Shown here: in pieces, positions 61,045 through 64,000 of the stretch
How the letters are laid out: every line of letters begins with the position of its first letter
How positions within the stretch are numbered: the first letter of the stretch is position 1
Source of the DNA: Candidatus Binatia bacterium
GTDB taxonomy: Bacteria > Desulfobacterota > Binatia > Bin18
Direction of reading: 5' to 3'
DNA length: 64,000 nucleotides
Assembly (NCBI GenBank): GCA_963666315.2
Contig: CAXXHG010000035.1
Coordinates: 1 to 64,000 of the forward strand
Made by a program: the position numbers and the translations under genes
The notes under the pieces: model-generated
Told to the model about the DNA's origin: nothing
Database searches by the model: none
Seen by the model: only the letters and a program-made list of their open reading frames with translations

Positions 61045-62082
61045 CTACCGACAGTGTGGAATGACTTCTGTGGCAAACAATTCCATTGAGCGCTTGATGA
61101 TAGTGTGATCGACCAGCCCGCCTTGGTTGAAATAGCCGATATATTCGGCCATGGGAAATTCTCGCTTGAAGTGCTGAATGCGCTCAATGCAGTGATCAGG
61201 ATCGCCAAACGCGCCCATAGTCCTATCCAGCCCTTCGTAGGTAACGCGCTCTAGTCGCTCTAACACCTGCTTGAAGGCTTGGTAGCTTTTGATGGTTGTT
61301 TCTTTCAGCGGCCGGAGACGCTCCCCGGCCGCCTTAAAAAAATTCATCAGACTGGCCTCACATTCCTCACGCGCTTTGTCTCGGCTGGTTGCAACGTGAA
61401 CGGGAAACATGAGCGCAACATCAGGCTGCACGCCGGGTTTCATGTGTTCCTGATAGTCCGCAATATAGCCCTGTAGTTTGTCAGGCGGATTAATGAGCGG
61501 TGAGGCAAAGATGGATAGACCCAGCAGTCCGGACAGCGCAAAGGTATCCGGACTGTTGGCCGCCATACGTATGGGAGGGTGGGGCTTCTGAAGAGGGCGC
61601 GGGACGACGGCGAGATCCTCAGCATGGAAATACTTACCCTGATAGGACAACCGATCGTGTGTCCAGGCCGTCCGAATCACGTCAAGTGCTTCTGCAAATC
61701 GTTCCCGACTTTCTTCCATAGACACATTATAGCCGGTGTAATGGATCGGAGCGCTGCCGCGTCCCACACCGAACTCGAGCCGCCCGCCACTCAGTATGTC
61801 CGCAGTAGCCGCTTCTTCCGCAATTTTCAGTGGGTTATGCAGCGGCAAGAGTGTGACGGCGGTTCCCAGCCGAATGCGCTCGGTATGTTGTGCGGCGGTT
61901 GCCAGCACCATGAGTGGTGAGGCCATGATCGAGGTGTTCGGCCCAAAGTGGAGTTCGCCCAGCCAGACGGTATCGAAACCGACTGCATCGCCGAGACGAA
62001 TCTGGGCCAAAATATCCTGGTAGCGTTGCCGTGCAGACTGCGACGACGCGCACGGCAGCTGATCGAAAAACCCAAAGCGCAT
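61045..62082 (-). CDS. LLM class flavin-dependent oxidoreductase
   Basis: GFDTVWLGELHF, IRLGTAV, PLKIAEEAATADILSGGRLEFGVGRG, PRPLQKPHPP. Confidence 0.93.
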   Translation of the reverse strand: MRFGFFDQLPCASSQSARQRYQDILAQIRLGDAVGFDTVWLGELHFGPNTSIMASPLMVLATAAQHTERIRLGTAVTLLPLHNPLKIAEEAATADILSGGRLEFGVGRGSAPIHYTGYNVSMEESRERFAEALDVIRTAWTHDRLSYQGKYFHAEDLAVVPRPLQKPHPPIRMAANSPDTFALSGLLGLSIFASPLINPPDKLQGYIADYQEHMKPGVQPDVALMFPVHVATSRDKAREECEASLMNFFKAAGERLRPLKETTIKSYQAFKQVLERLERVTYEGLDRTMGAFGDPDHCIERIQHFKREFPMAEYIGYFNQGGLVDHTIIKRSMELFATEVIPHCR

Positions 62083-62120
62083 GTTTCCCTCCTTTTGCTT
62101 GGGCGTATTGTCTGCTCTTT

Positions 62121-62870
62121 TTATTGGGCTGTATATCCTCCGTCGATAACCAATTCTGTCCCGGTCACATACGAGGACTCATCCGAAGCAAGATAGAGCA
62201 CGCCATACGCGACTTCCTCGGGCTTGCCGTCTCTGCCCAGCGGAGTGAGGCGTAAGACCATCTCGCGTCGCTCTGGGGCTAAGGGCGTCGTCATGGGTGT
62301 TTCGATGCGACCCGGATGGATAGAGTTGGCCCGGATCTTATCGGCGGCATATTGCACGGCGGCGTTTTTGGTCAGCAGCCGCACCGCGCCTTTGCTGGCT
62401 TGGTAAGCCGGAATATTGGACAACCCGATGAGACCGGCTATAGACGAAATATTCACAATCGAGCCACTGCCTGCCCGGCGCATGGCGGGGATCGCGTGCT
62501 TCATGCCAAGGAAGACGCCGGTTTGATTTACACTGATGACGGCATTCCAGTCGTCAAGGCTGGTTTCATCCAGAGGGGCCATGCGGACTATGCCCGCATT
62601 GTTGACCAAGATGGCAAGTTGGCCATAGGTCTGTTCAGCGGTCTCAACTGCCTGCTGCCAGTCGCTTTCTTTGCTGACATCAAGAGGGACGAAGGTGGCA
62701 GCTCCACCTTGCCGGATAATATCCTGGACGACGGCTCGGCCCTGCTCCTCAAGTACATCGCCCAGAATAACCTTTGCCCCCTCGCGCGCGAATAATCGTG
62801 CTTCGCTTTCTCCCATACCGCGGGCCGCCCCCGAGATGAGCGCGACTTTTCCTGCTAAACGTCCTGGCAT
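62121..62870 (-). CDS. SDR oxidoreductase (3-alpha/20-beta-hydroxysteroid or cyclopentanol dehydrogenase-like)
   Basis: SGAARGMG, NNAG, YQASK, IHPG, DGGYT. Confidence 0.93.
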   Translation of the reverse strand: MPGRLAGKVALISGAARGMGESEARLFAREGAKVILGDVLEEQGRAVVQDIIRQGGAATFVPLDVSKESDWQQAVETAEQTYGQLAILVNNAGIVRMAPLDETSLDDWNAVISVNQTGVFLGMKHAIPAMRRAGSGSIVNISSIAGLIGLSNIPAYQASKGAVRLLTKNAAVQYAADKIRANSIHPGRIETPMTTPLAPERREMVLRLTPLGRDGKPEEVAYGVLYLASDESSYVTGTELVIDGGYTAQ

Positions 62871-62932
62871 ATGCGGCCTCCTTTATCTGCTCTCCCTATC
62901 TTTCCTTACCCCTGCGGGGAACTCCCTTACTG

Positions 62933-63110
62933 GTGCAGCTTCAGGGGACCTCCTTGGGAATAGCAGTTCCCTCGCCCAGTCGGGGCTCCAAAGGGGCGAG
63001 GGCTAGGGCGAGGGGAATGGAATGAAATTTCAACCCCCCTCACCTCTTTCCTCTCCGACCAGCGGGAGAGGAGGGGAATTGGACTCCCAAAGAGGTTGAC
63101 TGTTTTTGCC
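62933..63110. repeat. About 180-bp dispersed palindromic repeat, copy 2
   Basis: Same block order and orientation as 28306-28490. Confidence 0.8.
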
Positions 63111-63159
63111 CGGGGTAATATCAAAAAGTGTGGGAAACGAGCGACAGGTGGCATATCCT

Positions 63160-63525
63160 CATGGGTGACCTAACCCACCGGACGGAGTCCGGGGAGAGCA
63201 GGAGGAGTTGCTATGGCGCAGAAGGATATTACCTCAGAGCAGAAGGGAAACAGCACGTGGGACCACCTAGAGGGGTTTGTTCGGGACCACGTTCGACGAT
63301 TCATCCCAGCCCTGTTAGAAGAAGTGGTGACCGAGTTGTTAGGGTGGGCCAAGTCGGCGCGGTGCGAAGCCGTTGAGGCCCTCTAAGGGTATCGGAATGG
63401 CTATGGAAAGCCGCGCCGCTTGAGTATGACGAGCGGAACGATAACCGTCCGGCGGCCCCGAGTCCGGGACTTACCCGAGCGGTCTGAAAGTCGGGTACTC
63501 CCCATGTTCAAGCGCCACACCAAGC
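63160..63525 (+). mobile_element. IS256-family transposase remnant
   Basis: LLEEVVTELLG..GYRNGYGKPRRL..GTITVRRPRVR..SRVLP; internal stop, DDE domain missing. Confidence 0.78.
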
Positions 63526-63529
63526 CGGT

Positions 63530-63637
63530 CGAGTCGAAGCCCGGGAACTGCTCGCTCCCGTCTACAACTGGTTCACCGAAGGGTTTGATACGGCAGATTT
63601 GAAAGAGGCAAAAACGTTGCTGGAGGAGTTAAGCTGA
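63530..63637 (+). pseudogene. Second orphan C-terminal tail of a cyclase/AAA/TPR protein
   Basis: [36 protein letters not shown]. Confidence 0.75.
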
Positions 63638-63798
63638 AGAGACAATCGTCACCTGAGAGTATTGCTGCCTGGCTTTATTTACACAACTATCGCAAAGACC
63701 TCTTTTGCCTTTGGGAGAGGGAAAAGAACGGATCCCAAAAAATCCGGAAATATTTCTTGAGCTGAGACTCCTACTACGCAACGCATCTTAACGCAACG

Positions 63799-64000
63799 TT
63801 AGGGCGTGTGGGGTCGGGACTCGTGGTAGTGAATGACTTTCCACTGTCCATTGTGGCGGCGCAGAATAAATGTATTCCGCCCAGCGGTGACAAAGGTCTC
63901 AGCCAGTCTCTTGATATCACCCTCAAAATGAAAATTGCAAAAGGCATAGGCTGTGTCGCCAAACACGTCGATGGTGATGTCCCGCAGCCGCATGGCTCCC
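63799..64000 (-). CDS. SnoaL/NTF2-like protein, 5' end outside the window
   Basis: ITIDVFGDTAYA..GRNTFILRRHNGQWKVIHYHES. Confidence 0.75.
   Translation of the reverse strand, partial: GAMRLRDITIDVFGDTAYAFCNFHFEGDIKRLAETFVTAGRNTFILRRHNGQWKVIHYHESRPHTP

Noticed and set aside
1-64000. CRISPR array, rRNA, tRNA (including tRNA-Sec) and selABD genes
   Set aside because: No regularly spaced repeats or recognisable RNA-gene or sel motifs were seen by eye. The palindromes are isolated REP/MITE types. tRNAscan-SE and Infernal would be needed to exclude RNA genes formally.

Overview
Bacterial DNA (genetic code 11, moderately GC-rich) with a dense, mostly catabolic/redox gene content. It holds six luciferase-like (LLM/F420) oxidoreductases, three hydantoinase/oxoprolinase-carboxylase subunits, several amidohydrolases, two SDRs, a tungsten aldehyde oxidoreductase (AOR) operon, a xanthine-dehydrogenase-family CoxMSL-like operon, a Mo/W-bis-PGD enzyme, a nitrile hydratase alpha gene and a DUF1329-like protein. 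Toxin-antitoxin debris, REP/MITE-type repeats and many frameshifted or truncated genes are scattered throughout. The gene repertoire resembles Binatia/Tectomicrobia-type genomes (inference only). Main finding: ORFs 8194..8835 and 7309..8166 are one in-frame gene for a linalool dehydratase/isomerase (Ldi)-family enzyme. Both catalytic cysteine positions (Ldi C171 and C180, spaced 9 residues apart) are encoded by TGA. The second TGA is followed, at the same spacing as in E. coli fdhF, by a GGUCU-loop SECIS-like hairpin. This points to a di-selenocysteine Ldi-family hydro-lyase located directly downstream of a hydantoinase/carboxylase A/B pair. A second notable item is a nitrile hydratase alpha subunit fused to its accessory (activator) protein, with an atypical CALCSC metal motif. 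No rRNA, tRNA, CRISPR array or sel machinery genes were recognised in the window. Family calls come from motif recognition by eye, not database searches.
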